64,000 bases of DNA from a virus (Duplodnaviria; Caudoviricetes). A program made the position numbers and the translations under genes. Below the pieces are notes generated by a model that was given only the letters and a program-made list of their open reading frames with translations, searched no databases and had not been told where the DNA came from. Location of the stretch: the IMG/VR virus record IMGVR_UViG_3300009031_000368, positions 64,001 through 128,000 of that record. One strand, 5' to 3'. Below, piece by piece: positions 38,834 through 47,903 of this stretch. The first letter of the stretch is position 1. Each line of letters starts with the position of its first letter.

Positions 38834-39286
38834 TCATGTGCGAACCGTGGTATCTGAATAATGGGGAGGTGCAATAACCAATAAATTTCTATTATAGACC
38901 AAATACGCGACTACAATACGTTCAATGTTAGGATTATGAACATCTAGTCGTCCGTCATGATCTGCACATAGGCGAATTCCTACGTGGAGACAGTTTGAAC
39001 AACGGCACAACCGCTCACCGGTAATAGCTTCATAGCTTTTTACAAAATCATTACAGACATCTTCACTGCATTCAATTTCATCACACATTATTGATTCATA
39101 AAACGTAAGTTCTTCACCACACGAGACAGCCCCATCTTTTGTTATCCCGACGATATTTAGGAAATAATCACCATTCCTATACTGCCTGTATTGGCTATAT
39201 TCTGAATCATGTCCACCATCTGTCGCAATAACTGACCATCGCGCAATCGACTCTGTTGCTTTTACGGTTTGCATAAATCTAATCAT
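38834..39286 (-). CDS. Hypothetical protein
   Basis: 150-aa ORF. Confidence 0.5.
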   Translation of the reverse strand: MIRFMQTVKATESIARWSVIATDGGHDSEYSQYRQYRNGDYFLNIVGITKDGAVSCGEELTFYESIMCDEIECSEDVCNDFVKSYEAITGERLCRCSNCLHVGIRLCADHDGRLDVHNPNIERIVVAYLVYNRNLLVIAPPHYSDTTVRT

Positions 39287-39443
39287 CCTTGATTTAAGGG
39301 ATCACGATTCCGTGTTGCCGCGAAACGTAAATATTCCAAACTTAAAGCATAGAATATCTCAAACGGCACTGACGGCATAATAGCACAAGTTGAGGAATAT
39401 GGAGGAATGTGATTGCTGATTTGGCAGGATGATGTGCTGAAGT

Positions 39444-41135
39444 TTACTTTGTGGTCTTTGCATTTGTCTTCCGGATGGAAGGCCCGCTAAATATGCTACA
39501 TGATTTAACTTCTGGCTCATAGTCAGTATTTTCTACTCGCCGCATGCCTTCTGGGATAATAACCACATATTTGCCAACAACGCCAGGATGTGCGGTTAGT
39601 AGTGCAACCCATGAATTGACAAAGTGTTTATTGTATGAATCAATATGATAGATAACAGGAGACCCGGGAGCGCCTTTAGTACTACGTCGTTGCCCATACA
39701 ATGCTGCTTCTGCGATATCATTAGAATTGTTTTCACTTACATGATTCACACCTTTCCAGGTTTTATCTTCACATAGAAATCCACGGATACGAAGGATTTG
39801 CTCTGCCTCTTCTCTCGATGAAACAATATGCTTGCTGTAGTCTCGTACAGTTTTATACGGAGACCACGGCCTAATTCTGTCAGCCAACTGAACACCACGT
39901 TTTACAAGCTCTTCAGCAGAAATACGGCCAGCCGCATACAGAAAGACATCCCTGTTGCCATATACGCGGATTTTACAATCTTTACCCTTGTAAGATCCTC
40001 CGTAATGTGCAACACGAAGCATTGCCTGTGCCATCGTGGCATAGTTGCTGGAACCCACTGGACGGTAATCATGCCAGAACGAAATATACTGATGGAATTT
40101 AACCTCCGTTGATCTTGTTGCCGTTTGAGCAATCAACAGAATCGTCTTACGCTTTTTAAGAAAAACAGCGTCACAAAAGCTGGTAGCCCAATCGAATTCT
40201 TTGTTTTTGTAATCATCATCATCGGTTGTATTACTCTGAGCAGAGTCGCACCCAATAAACTTCACATCGAAACCACGTTCAGTTAATGACTTCACAAAGT
40301 CACAGCCTTCCGCCCTGATCTTTTTGAATCCATCAACGAAACGGATAACGCCAAAATACTTACCTCGCTGCGATTTGAAAAGCTTTATGGCTTCCGCGCC
40401 TTGTGCCGTAAAGCAGTTGTTGTCGAAATCCCAAAACGGTTTTGCTTCGTACATCAACTTATTGTCAAGCGACCAACCTGCCCCACGGTAATCTGCCGAT
40501 GGAATAAACGTCTTAACGATGAAATCGCCAGAAAGTCGACTATACGTGACTTCCTCATTCGTCGCTGAATACATGATAAACTTTACGCGCCGATTGTACC
40601 AAAGTGCATAAAACAAACCATCAGTATTGAGACACTGCTTTTTGTCGGTCCCGTAATCAGACTCATTAAGATGGATGACTACGGAATGTTCCTGGTTGAG
40701 ATCCAGGTACTGAGTGATCTCTTCAACAAGCTCAATCATCTTTGCACGCTTGTAAATTAGCCGAAGCCGAAGATTATGCTTTCCAAGTCTGACACGCTGG
40801 CTGGCTTCGTCGCGTCTGTTGAACGCACTTACATAATATTGCCTGTTGAGACCATTTGTCTTATACGCCCGTAAGGCATAAATCATCTTCATGATGCTTT
40901 TCCCGCACTTAACTGGTGCGTTCACCGCGACATGGCTGTTGATTAATTCCAGTTCAGCAACAAATGCTGTTGCTTCAGGGCAAGCCCGCTCAAGTTCCGC
41001 AAGATTCTTCACGTCAACGGACGGGTTAGTCACAATCAAAGACATACTCAAAATCTCCAGATGTAAGTGGAATATCGACAGAGTGCCAAGCCATACGACA
41101 TGGGCCATATTGGCATATCGACATGAATATGTCAA
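39444..41135 (-). CDS. Divergent SF2 helicase-like/P-loop protein (likely start ATG 41045)
   Basis: APVKCGKS Walker A-like, HLNESDYG Walker B-like, MYSAT motif III-like, QAMLRVAHY motif VI-like. Confidence 0.5.
   Translation of the reverse strand: MTYSCRYANMAHVVWLGTLSIFHLHLEILSMSLIVTNPSVDVKNLAELERACPEATAFVAELELINSHVAVNAPVKCGKSIMKMIYALRAYKTNGLNRQYYVSAFNRRDEASQRVRLGKHNLRLRLIYKRAKMIELVEEITQYLDLNQEHSVVIHLNESDYGTDKKQCLNTDGLFYALWYNRRVKFIMYSATNEEVTYSRLSGDFIVKTFIPSADYRGAGWSLDNKLMYEAKPFWDFDNNCFTAQGAEAIKLFKSQRGKYFGVIRFVDGFKKIRAEGCDFVKSLTERGFDVKFIGCDSAQSNTTDDDDYKNKEFDWATSFCDAVFLKKRKTILLIAQTATRSTEVKFHQYISFWHDYRPVGSSNYATMAQAMLRVAHYGGSYKGKDCKIRVYGNRDVFLYAAGRISAEELVKRGVQLADRIRPWSPYKTVRDYSKHIVSSREEAEQILRIRGFLCEDKTWKGVNHVSENNSNDIAEAALYGQRRSTKGAPGSPVIYHIDSYNKHFVNSWVALLTAHPGVVGKYVVIIPEGMRRVENTDYEPEVKSCSIFSGPSIRKTNAKTTK
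41107..41135 (-). promoter_or_regulatory. Sigma70-like promoter candidate
   Basis: TTGACA (41135-41130), 17 nt, CAATAT; GGAG RBS before ATG 41045. Confidence 0.4.
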
Positions 41136-41236
41136 GCAAATTTCAAGAAAATAATTCGGGCTGGATTATAGATGTTTAGTTTTAGAACTTAGAGATTTAT
41201 TACGTACGGAATATGTTGAAAATAGAAACAGGATTG

Positions 41237-42136
41237 TCATGTAAGCAACTTCTCGTTATCAGCTGCCCATAATTCTTTTGATTCTTGCAGAACTTTGCTG
41301 TAATCCGTATCAGGGTAGCGCTTATTTCCAGACAGAAGCTCATCCAATGGCGTCTTTAGCTTCATGCTCTCATCTTTGGAAAGCTTTCCTTCCCATGCAT
41401 GGTACCTATCTGCAATCTGTTGAAAATATTCCTTATGCGCTAGAAACCACTTCAACCCATCATCCAGGTTGCCGCCACGGTCCAGTAACGCCATTGTCTT
41501 AATTTCAGACAAATGAGCCGTTGCAGCAACGACGTCAGGAGTGACATCTGAATCAGCATACATATTGGTCAACTGTACCAATTCGGCCAATCCGCCAAGC
41601 CCTGTTTTATCAACTTCGATTGTTTCTTTGCCAAGAAACATTTTTGCATGTCCGCATGACTTTATCATCCGTATAAAATCATCGTCGACTTCATACTCTC
41701 TTATATATTCATTGAAGTTGATACTGCAATATCTCTTAACTGGAATACGCTCTTCAAACTGCTTCGTGGCTTCAACGATTCTACTCTTTAGCTGTTCGTC
41801 AAACGATTCCTTGACCGGTCTTATGTTTCTAACATTGTCTATCATCAGAACGGAAACAATGTAACCAGTTTTTGTCGTCAACTCCACACAATAGACGTTT
41901 GCCGTAAATCCGAATTCATGCTGGATCAGACATTCAACAGATGATTGCTTTTTCTTGTTACAAGTCACGTGTCCGAATACTTCAGTAACCGTCTGAAATG
42001 CTCCAGCAAGCCTGTCATAGTCACTTAAAGTCGAAGCAAATTCAAAAGACAGCGCATCATCTAATTTTTCAGTCACCGATTGACTCATCGCCATCCTCCT
42101 TTTCCACAACAGTAGAACTGTCTGCCAACGGGTCAC
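41237..42136 (-). CDS. Hypothetical protein
   Basis: 299-aa ORF (likely start at MSQSVTE). Confidence 0.6.
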   Translation of the reverse strand: MTRWQTVLLLWKRRMAMSQSVTEKLDDALSFEFASTLSDYDRLAGAFQTVTEVFGHVTCNKKKQSSVECLIQHEFGFTANVYCVELTTKTGYIVSVLMIDNVRNIRPVKESFDEQLKSRIVEATKQFEERIPVKRYCSINFNEYIREYEVDDDFIRMIKSCGHAKMFLGKETIEVDKTGLGGLAELVQLTNMYADSDVTPDVVAATAHLSEIKTMALLDRGGNLDDGLKWFLAHKEYFQQIADRYHAWEGKLSKDESMKLKTPLDELLSGNKRYPDTDYSKVLQESKELWAADNEKLLT

Positions 42137-42320
42137 CGTAAACTTGAATCATATTCTCAATATCTTCGTCGCTGGCTTTCCATCCATTCGCTCCAACTGG
42201 ACACGGTGGAAAACCATCCGTTGCAAAAGTAGTCTCTAATAGAATTTTTTTAATGTCACCAAATGCTTTTTTCTCTAATTCGCTGTCACAAACAACCATT
42301 TCTTCATTTCTATACATCAT
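42069..42320 (-). CDS. Hypothetical protein
   Basis: 83-aa ORF. Confidence 0.5.
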   Translation of the reverse strand: MMYRNEEMVVCDSELEKKAFGDIKKILLETTFATDGFPPCPVGANGWKASDEDIENMIQVYGDPLADSSTVVEKEDGDESIGD

Positions 42321-42341
42321 TTAAATAACCTCATATTATCG

Positions 42342-43016
42342 TTACCTTAAATTCAATACTATGTAAAATTCCGGCCTTGCTGGATGTTGGAAGCAATTTA
42401 CCGTAATTTTGTCATGTTGTTCCATCACGTCACCGATACCCACCAGATATCCGGCGTCATAGCTTGACCGTCCTTTAAAGCCAAGGATGATTTGTCGTTC
42501 AGGCACAACTGGGTGAGTAAACACCTTTAACTGCAAATATCTGGATGTTCCGATTTCGGTTAACCCGGTACCTGGTTCTGCCGTTCGGTTTAACGCTACA
42601 TCTGGAATTGTCTTATCGTTGACAATCATGAACGTTGCTGGACTTCTAATCGTATCGGTATGTATGGTGTTTGACGCAACACCAATTTCCAATTCAAGCT
42701 TTTCGGCATCAACATCCATCACGTTAGCTCTCGACATAATGCCACAAACGGCTGACCGCTCAATGGTCGCAATGATGTCGTTCAATGCTTTCGCCTTAAC
42801 GGTTTGCAACATGTCTGGACCAACCTGTTTATCGGCTATGTCGAGATTTATTTCTTGCACGCTACCATCTTCGCCTTTAACGACTTTTGCCATATACCAG
42901 TGCAGCGAGGTATCTTCACTTACATCATGAATTCCAACAATACTGTTTAGACTAGAGCCTTTAAGTGCCGACATCAACTGACTTCTAACATCACTCATTG
43001 TTTTATTCTCCTTCAT
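42342..43016 (-). CDS. Paralog of the C-terminal half of the major capsid protein
   Basis: SVQEINLDIADKQV / SNTIHTDTIRSPATFMIV / IILGFKGRSSYDAGY versus MCP QVPEINIEISMEVV / SAQIHTGSMRAPANWIVT / ILVGLKGQSYLDSGY. Confidence 0.85.
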   Translation of the reverse strand: MKENKTMSDVRSQLMSALKGSSLNSIVGIHDVSEDTSLHWYMAKVVKGEDGSVQEINLDIADKQVGPDMLQTVKAKALNDIIATIERSAVCGIMSRANVMDVDAEKLELEIGVASNTIHTDTIRSPATFMIVNDKTIPDVALNRTAEPGTGLTEIGTSRYLQLKVFTHPVVPERQIILGFKGRSSYDAGYLVGIGDVMEQHDKITVNCFQHPARPEFYIVLNLR

Positions 43017-43485
43017 TAGTTTTTAATCGCTCAATACGAAACATTACATCAATAAAAATTTTACCATCCACGGCTTGCGCTATCAATGACTTAGACGCCG
43101 CAACGGCAAGACGGTTCAACAAATATTCTTCATCGTCCATGTGGTATGGAATACCCGGCTCATCTTTATAATAAAATAAGCACGCATTCAATGCGTTGAC
43201 TGTCGCGTCATCATATGCTGTAACTATATCATCGAACGGATAATATATAATTGTAATGCCAGCATCTGTCAGATTAGAAGCTGTTCGTTGTATTGCCATA
43301 AACAATAACCTGACAAACCTTCTTACCTGATCTCGAAATTGTTTGACACCTTCGTCAGCAATATCCTTCACATATTGAAGCTGTCTATCATAAATTGAAG
43401 CTAACGCTAATTTATCTCCACAATATGTATTGCTAATCAGTGGCTTCCACTTTTCGACAAGTTCATTATTCACCGTTTCATCCAA
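43003..43485 (-). CDS. Paralog of the N-terminal part of the major capsid protein
   Basis: NELVEKWKPLI...LASIYDRQLQYV...LLFMAIQRTASNL versus MCP NRVVRNWAPLV...TAILLNNQYNFV...YLFPAIRRIFPNL. Confidence 0.75.
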   Translation of the reverse strand: MDETVNNELVEKWKPLISNTYCGDKLALASIYDRQLQYVKDIADEGVKQFRDQVRRFVRLLFMAIQRTASNLTDAGITIIYYPFDDIVTAYDDATVNALNACLFYYKDEPGIPYHMDDEEYLLNRLAVAASKSLIAQAVDGKIFIDVMFRIERLKTNEGE

Positions 43486-44725
43486 TCATGTATTGTGGTT
43501 TTACCCATCGGCTCATCCACTCAAGCGGCTCCGACAAAGCATACAGCTGACGGAATTCCTGTATATACTGATTGGCTGTTTCGTAACCGGTGACATACAG
43601 CGCATTCTCGAAAGACCGTGCCGCTGAATCGGTAAAGTTAAATGAACCGGTCCATACCGCGTATGGCACCAACACGTTGACGTTACCGAATCGTGATGGC
43701 ACATACTGCCTCTCATATCGGCAGAACACCATAAACTTATGGTGCATTCTTTCTGACGCCTGATTCTCACGGTCACAATTTCCCACACATCGAACCGGAT
43801 CCACGTTGGTTCCTTCACCTAACAGCAATCCAATATCGTTGTATCGGTTCAACCCGCAATGCAGCTTACCGTATGATGCCTGTAACCGCCTAACGAAATC
43901 TGAACCGTTATCGTCCGGCCGGAGGAAATCTTCCTTTTGAACCAGTATCGCGCAATCTTTTTCCGACAATGCATCCAGTATACGCTTACTTGTCATCCAA
44001 GCCACACATCCGACAACGGCATCTGCTTCATGGATGTAGGCAGTGAGCGCCGTCGATAGATTCCTGAAATGGACACTGACACTTGCGTCAATATTCATCC
44101 TTGTATAATCATGTTGCGCGAATCCACCGGAACCTGTTGGTAGTTTTACATCGTTTAGATTTTCAATCCGCTTTACCGCTGTCGATTGTGCAATTGATTG
44201 CGCGTTATCTGAAACAACCTTTGCTTCTACTTCTGGATTACCAACTGGTGGTCCATCAACCACTACCTTCTTTTTCGTAGGTGTCTTTGCGCGCTGCCAC
44301 TGACGGTACATCTTGCCAACATCAAGCGCACCATCTTTTTCTTTCGCGATCCATGCTGTGGCGCGAGATTCACCAATAAGAAGTGACATCACAGAACTGT
44401 AAAAGAAATCATCGAACGGTGGCTCTGGTAAAAAGTGTTGTTCCGCTGGATGTCCTGTAGTTAGCTTGACGCCATCATTGTAAAACTTCTCGCGGATCTT
44501 AACCGCGTACTGAAGTTGTCCATCCGTAGCTGTTGGAAACTCCGGCCAGCCACGCTTAACCTGTTCAACGTAAAGCTTACCGACATATTCCTCGTGACAC
44601 GATGGACATTCCTTCAATTTCCATTCAGCAATTCTGTCTTCGTATCCTGGCGATAGCGTGAACTCCTTTTGGCTAAAATGTCCACAACTCATCTGAAGTT
44701 GAAATCGCTTTTTACCATATCCCAT
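43478..44725 (-). CDS. Zn-ribbon protein fused to a PLD-family (HKD) nuclease domain
   Basis: N-terminal SCGH...CPSC; C-terminal RMHHKFMVF...VWTGSFNFT...FENAL. Confidence 0.8.
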   Translation of the reverse strand: MGYGKKRFQLQMSCGHFSQKEFTLSPGYEDRIAEWKLKECPSCHEEYVGKLYVEQVKRGWPEFPTATDGQLQYAVKIREKFYNDGVKLTTGHPAEQHFLPEPPFDDFFYSSVMSLLIGESRATAWIAKEKDGALDVGKMYRQWQRAKTPTKKKVVVDGPPVGNPEVEAKVVSDNAQSIAQSTAVKRIENLNDVKLPTGSGGFAQHDYTRMNIDASVSVHFRNLSTALTAYIHEADAVVGCVAWMTSKRILDALSEKDCAILVQKEDFLRPDDNGSDFVRRLQASYGKLHCGLNRYNDIGLLLGEGTNVDPVRCVGNCDRENQASERMHHKFMVFCRYERQYVPSRFGNVNVLVPYAVWTGSFNFTDSAARSFENALYVTGYETANQYIQEFRQLYALSEPLEWMSRWVKPQYMIG

Positions 44726-44740
44726 AAATCACATGATTCC

Positions 44741-45088
44741 TTATTTTACAACATATCCACACAGTATCTGACCGGCCATACGGTATTCGCCAACCGTTGG
44801 ATAAAATCTGCCGGTTCGTTCTATGAACTTACCATGCCACTGTTTACCGGTAGTTGTACAGGTAAACTGTTTTTCCGATAGTCCAGAAACGTGCATGAAT
44901 CCCTTAACGAGTCCTTCATGCACAATGAAACACTTACTTTTGCCTGGAATCAGACATTCTGGAAAATGCTTCACCTTATAATTCAATGTCTGGTCGGAAC
45001 ATGCTGCAAACAATTCTTTCTCGTAATCCGACCACTTGATTGACTTGGGAACAGTTACCGCTATATGTGGTGTCACGATTTTATCCAT
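44741..45088 (-). CDS. Hypothetical protein
   Basis: 115-aa ORF. Confidence 0.55.
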   Translation of the reverse strand: MDKIVTPHIAVTVPKSIKWSDYEKELFAACSDQTLNYKVKHFPECLIPGKSKCFIVHEGLVKGFMHVSGLSEKQFTCTTTGKQWHGKFIERTGRFYPTVGEYRMAGQILCGYVVK

Positions 45089-45612
45089 CTGAACCTGCCA
45101 ACACCGTCATACTCTAGCCACTTTTGCTTAACTAATAGCTCTGTCGCGATAGAAGACGAAAGCCCATCATCGGAATACCCTAACAGTTCATCAATTTTGT
45201 CACATATAACATCGGAGTCGGTCCATTCGGTAAAACATGAGAGCTGCAACAGTTCAATGCCTTCAGGCGTATGAAGAGTAATATCTCGTTTGCAATTATC
45301 GTCTAGATCTATCTGATGATTGCGCTCAAGTCTTTTAACCATCTTGGTAAATTTATTACAAAAACACGCTAACTTTGTCCAATCTACTTTACGCATAAAA
45401 GTTGTGCTGCTGTTAGGCAGACCACTACTAACGATCAATATGTATTCATCACCAATTTTTGAGACAGAAAATTGAAAAGGATTATTACGAAATTCATCCT
45501 CATCTATACTTGCTGTTAAAACAAAATCACTCATCAGATACTCCCGCAAGTCGCTTAAGCTCTCCTGTCGACGCCCCAAGTTCATCGGCGATATCGTTAA
45601 ACCCTGAATCAT
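45073..45612 (-). CDS. Hypothetical protein
   Basis: 179-aa ORF overlapping the upstream gene. Confidence 0.5.
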   Translation of the reverse strand: MIQGLTISPMNLGRRQESLSDLREYLMSDFVLTASIDEDEFRNNPFQFSVSKIGDEYILIVSSGLPNSSTTFMRKVDWTKLACFCNKFTKMVKRLERNHQIDLDDNCKRDITLHTPEGIELLQLSCFTEWTDSDVICDKIDELLGYSDDGLSSSIATELLVKQKWLEYDGVGRFRWIKS

Positions 45613-45826
45613 CTGGTGTAGGTTCTATATCCGGTTGTTCATCGGTATCGTGTTCCCATCGCCTAGAGGCAATCACCGACAATACATCAAGCTGCAACCT
45701 GGCGACATTTGTCACATTAGGATTTAAACATCCCATGGCTGCTTCCTGCTCTACTGAAAACTCGAGCCGTTTACGGTTCAAGCCTGCCAACATGACCAAT
45801 TCATCATATGTACTAAATTCACTCAT
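45527..45826 (-). CDS. Truncated paralog of the probable small terminase
   Basis: LNRKRLEFSVEQEAAMGCLNPNVTN versus LNSVRLETAMEQEASMGFLNPNVTN. Confidence 0.85.
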   Translation of the reverse strand: MSEFSTYDELVMLAGLNRKRLEFSVEQEAAMGCLNPNVTNVARLQLDVLSVIASRRWEHDTDEQPDIEPTPDDSGFNDIADELGASTGELKRLAGVSDE

Positions 45827-45939
45827 CGTAATCTAATCTCCAATCTATTTTGCATTTTTAATTGCAGTTTCCAGTGAAAGATCCATACGTGTCCACGATG
45901 CTTGTCCTATCTCATCCAGTGCAATTTGATGTCATTCCC

Positions 45940-46884
45940 TTACATGTTTAAGGGCATCATCGAAATCTGGCAACCTGACTCGTGCGCTACTTTTGCAGCC
46001 ATGCTGGCTCGATAACCTGGCCCAAGTCGTTGCTTGATTACCTTCACCTTGTACATCAATCTGTCATACAATCCAGAGCTATGCCAAGCTGTTTCATATT
46101 GGGTTTTATCACAAAGCTCATTCAGTATGTCTATATATGCTTCTTCTTCAGTTATTAAATGGTCCGTAAGCTGCAATAGGTCATACAGGCTGATGGTTCT
46201 ACCATTGCCAGCCTCAACACCGATCAAGACATCGTTACTACGTGGTTTAGCCGAAACAATAACGGTATATGTAACCAATCCATGGTTTCCTTTAATGATG
46301 GCAGGTTTAAATACACTATGATGTACTAGTGTATCAGCGCTTGACGTCATAACATCAACACCAACGTTATGACGTTCAATCAATTCATGTATGCAATCAA
46401 TTGCGCCGTCATCTGGAACATACTTCATGTCAATTTTATCTTCAGGTTCGATCAGATATGAAACATCGTACGGCTTTGATGTTGTTGGGAATACATCGGC
46501 CGGGAAGATCATAGTATTGGTTTTAAACAATATCAGCCGGGTTATCCACCTGACATCTGCCTCAAACGTGATGGTCCTGTCCGACATATGTAGTTTAATG
46601 GTTGATGCTGTAAACTGTTTCGGCAACATACCATCTAATACCGTTAACGTGATGGCATGAAAGACATGCGTCTCGGCCCGCATGATTTTAACGATGGTGA
46701 CATTGACACGGTGTAACGTTGTAGGCTTATCTTTATAAACATCCCTTGATGTAACGGCACAACGGACATTCTCCCATAACCGCACATCCGCTTCACCGCC
46801 AAACAATCTGCAAAGCTCTGTCGCACTGTTCTGAATCATAAGATTTGTCTCCATATAAATTATGGTCAACCTGACACCACTCAA
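45940..46884 (-). CDS. Hypothetical protein
   Basis: 314-aa ORF. Confidence 0.6.
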   Translation of the reverse strand: MSGVRLTIIYMETNLMIQNSATELCRLFGGEADVRLWENVRCAVTSRDVYKDKPTTLHRVNVTIVKIMRAETHVFHAITLTVLDGMLPKQFTASTIKLHMSDRTITFEADVRWITRLILFKTNTMIFPADVFPTTSKPYDVSYLIEPEDKIDMKYVPDDGAIDCIHELIERHNVGVDVMTSSADTLVHHSVFKPAIIKGNHGLVTYTVIVSAKPRSNDVLIGVEAGNGRTISLYDLLQLTDHLITEEEAYIDILNELCDKTQYETAWHSSGLYDRLMYKVKVIKQRLGPGYRASMAAKVAHESGCQISMMPLNM

Positions 46885-46912
46885 GACATCAGATTGAAAT
46901 GTCGATTACCTA

Positions 46913-47791
46913 TTAGAATGGAATTAGGTCGTCTTCATTGGTGGCGGGTCTAATTGTTTCGCCATGCTGATTTAGCATTTCGGTAGAGTCATCCTGACCG
47001 ATGATGGGAATACCACGCTGACGCATGATTTCATCAGCAAGCTGTGTCGCGTCGGCCAGACTCATTGGCTGGATCAACTCACTATACTTGAATGGTGTCC
47101 AAGGATACTTGTCGTAATTCTCGACACCAGCTTCTGCCGCAAGCTTTGCCCATTGAGTCTTGTCATAGAACTCAACAAACTCAAATTCATCTCCACACGA
47201 TGGAGACTTATCGTCCCTACGACTGACATCAAACACACAACCGACGATATCGTCTAGATTCTTATAGGCAGACTTGCGCTTTAGTGCATCGAACTTCTTC
47301 TTCAAGAGATCCGCAACACCAACCGTCTCCTTCTTTTCGCCAGTCTTTGGGTCGGTGTATTTCTTGCCAAACTTCGCCGGAAAAAGCTGTCGGATACCCT
47401 TATGGGTGACCGTTCCATCATCATGTTTGAATCCACTCAACAGTGCAACCGTCAATAGCCCAGTATGATACACCTTTGATCCAGGTCTCGTATCACCCTT
47501 AATATAAGGGTAAGCTCTGTCAAGTGGGTCTTCCGCATAAGTCAATCCGGTTTCAGGATCCGGAATGCCCTTATTTCTGGTAAGATGTGGCGTATAGTTG
47601 TAGAATGAACCATTGTGGTAATACTGACGTTCCCAGAACGTGAACATCGTATTAAGGCCATCGATGAATAGAACCTGTGCCTGCTCTCCGAGACGTACAT
47701 TCAATCGCTTCGGCATATGCTTGTTTGAATTAACTGGAGCCCGTTGTGACTCCTTGCTCCCCTCACTGTAACCAGTACTGTACCAACCCAT
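46913..47791 (-). CDS. Probable phage single-stranded DNA-binding protein (gp32-like)
   Basis: Next to primase; aromatic-rich core; acidic C-terminal tail ending EDDLIPF. Confidence 0.7.
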   Translation of the reverse strand: MGWYSTGYSEGSKESQRAPVNSNKHMPKRLNVRLGEQAQVLFIDGLNTMFTFWERQYYHNGSFYNYTPHLTRNKGIPDPETGLTYAEDPLDRAYPYIKGDTRPGSKVYHTGLLTVALLSGFKHDDGTVTHKGIRQLFPAKFGKKYTDPKTGEKKETVGVADLLKKKFDALKRKSAYKNLDDIVGCVFDVSRRDDKSPSCGDEFEFVEFYDKTQWAKLAAEAGVENYDKYPWTPFKYSELIQPMSLADATQLADEIMRQRGIPIIGQDDSTEMLNQHGETIRPATNEDDLIPF

Positions 47792-47903
47792 AACGTTATC
47801 CTTTCAGATTTAATTGATTCCCAAATCTGGGATTTGATGCACCATTGTGTGCATGCTATAATGATATGTAATCATGATTAGATGAATGTGTCAAATGGTT
47901 TTA

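Noticed and set aside
41045-41135. ORF-track start at 41135
   Set aside because: That TTG is the -35 box TTGACA; an RBS-preceded ATG at 41045 is more plausible.
45560-45600. LSDLREYLMSD in 45073..45612 resembling the capsid-targeting-like motif
   Set aside because: It lies in an overlap with another gene, far from the head genes, and the start codon is uncertain; may be coincidental.
47865-47894. Promoter upstream of the gp32-like SSB
   Set aside because: TTGACA is present but there is no convincing -10 hexamer at 16-18 nt spacing.
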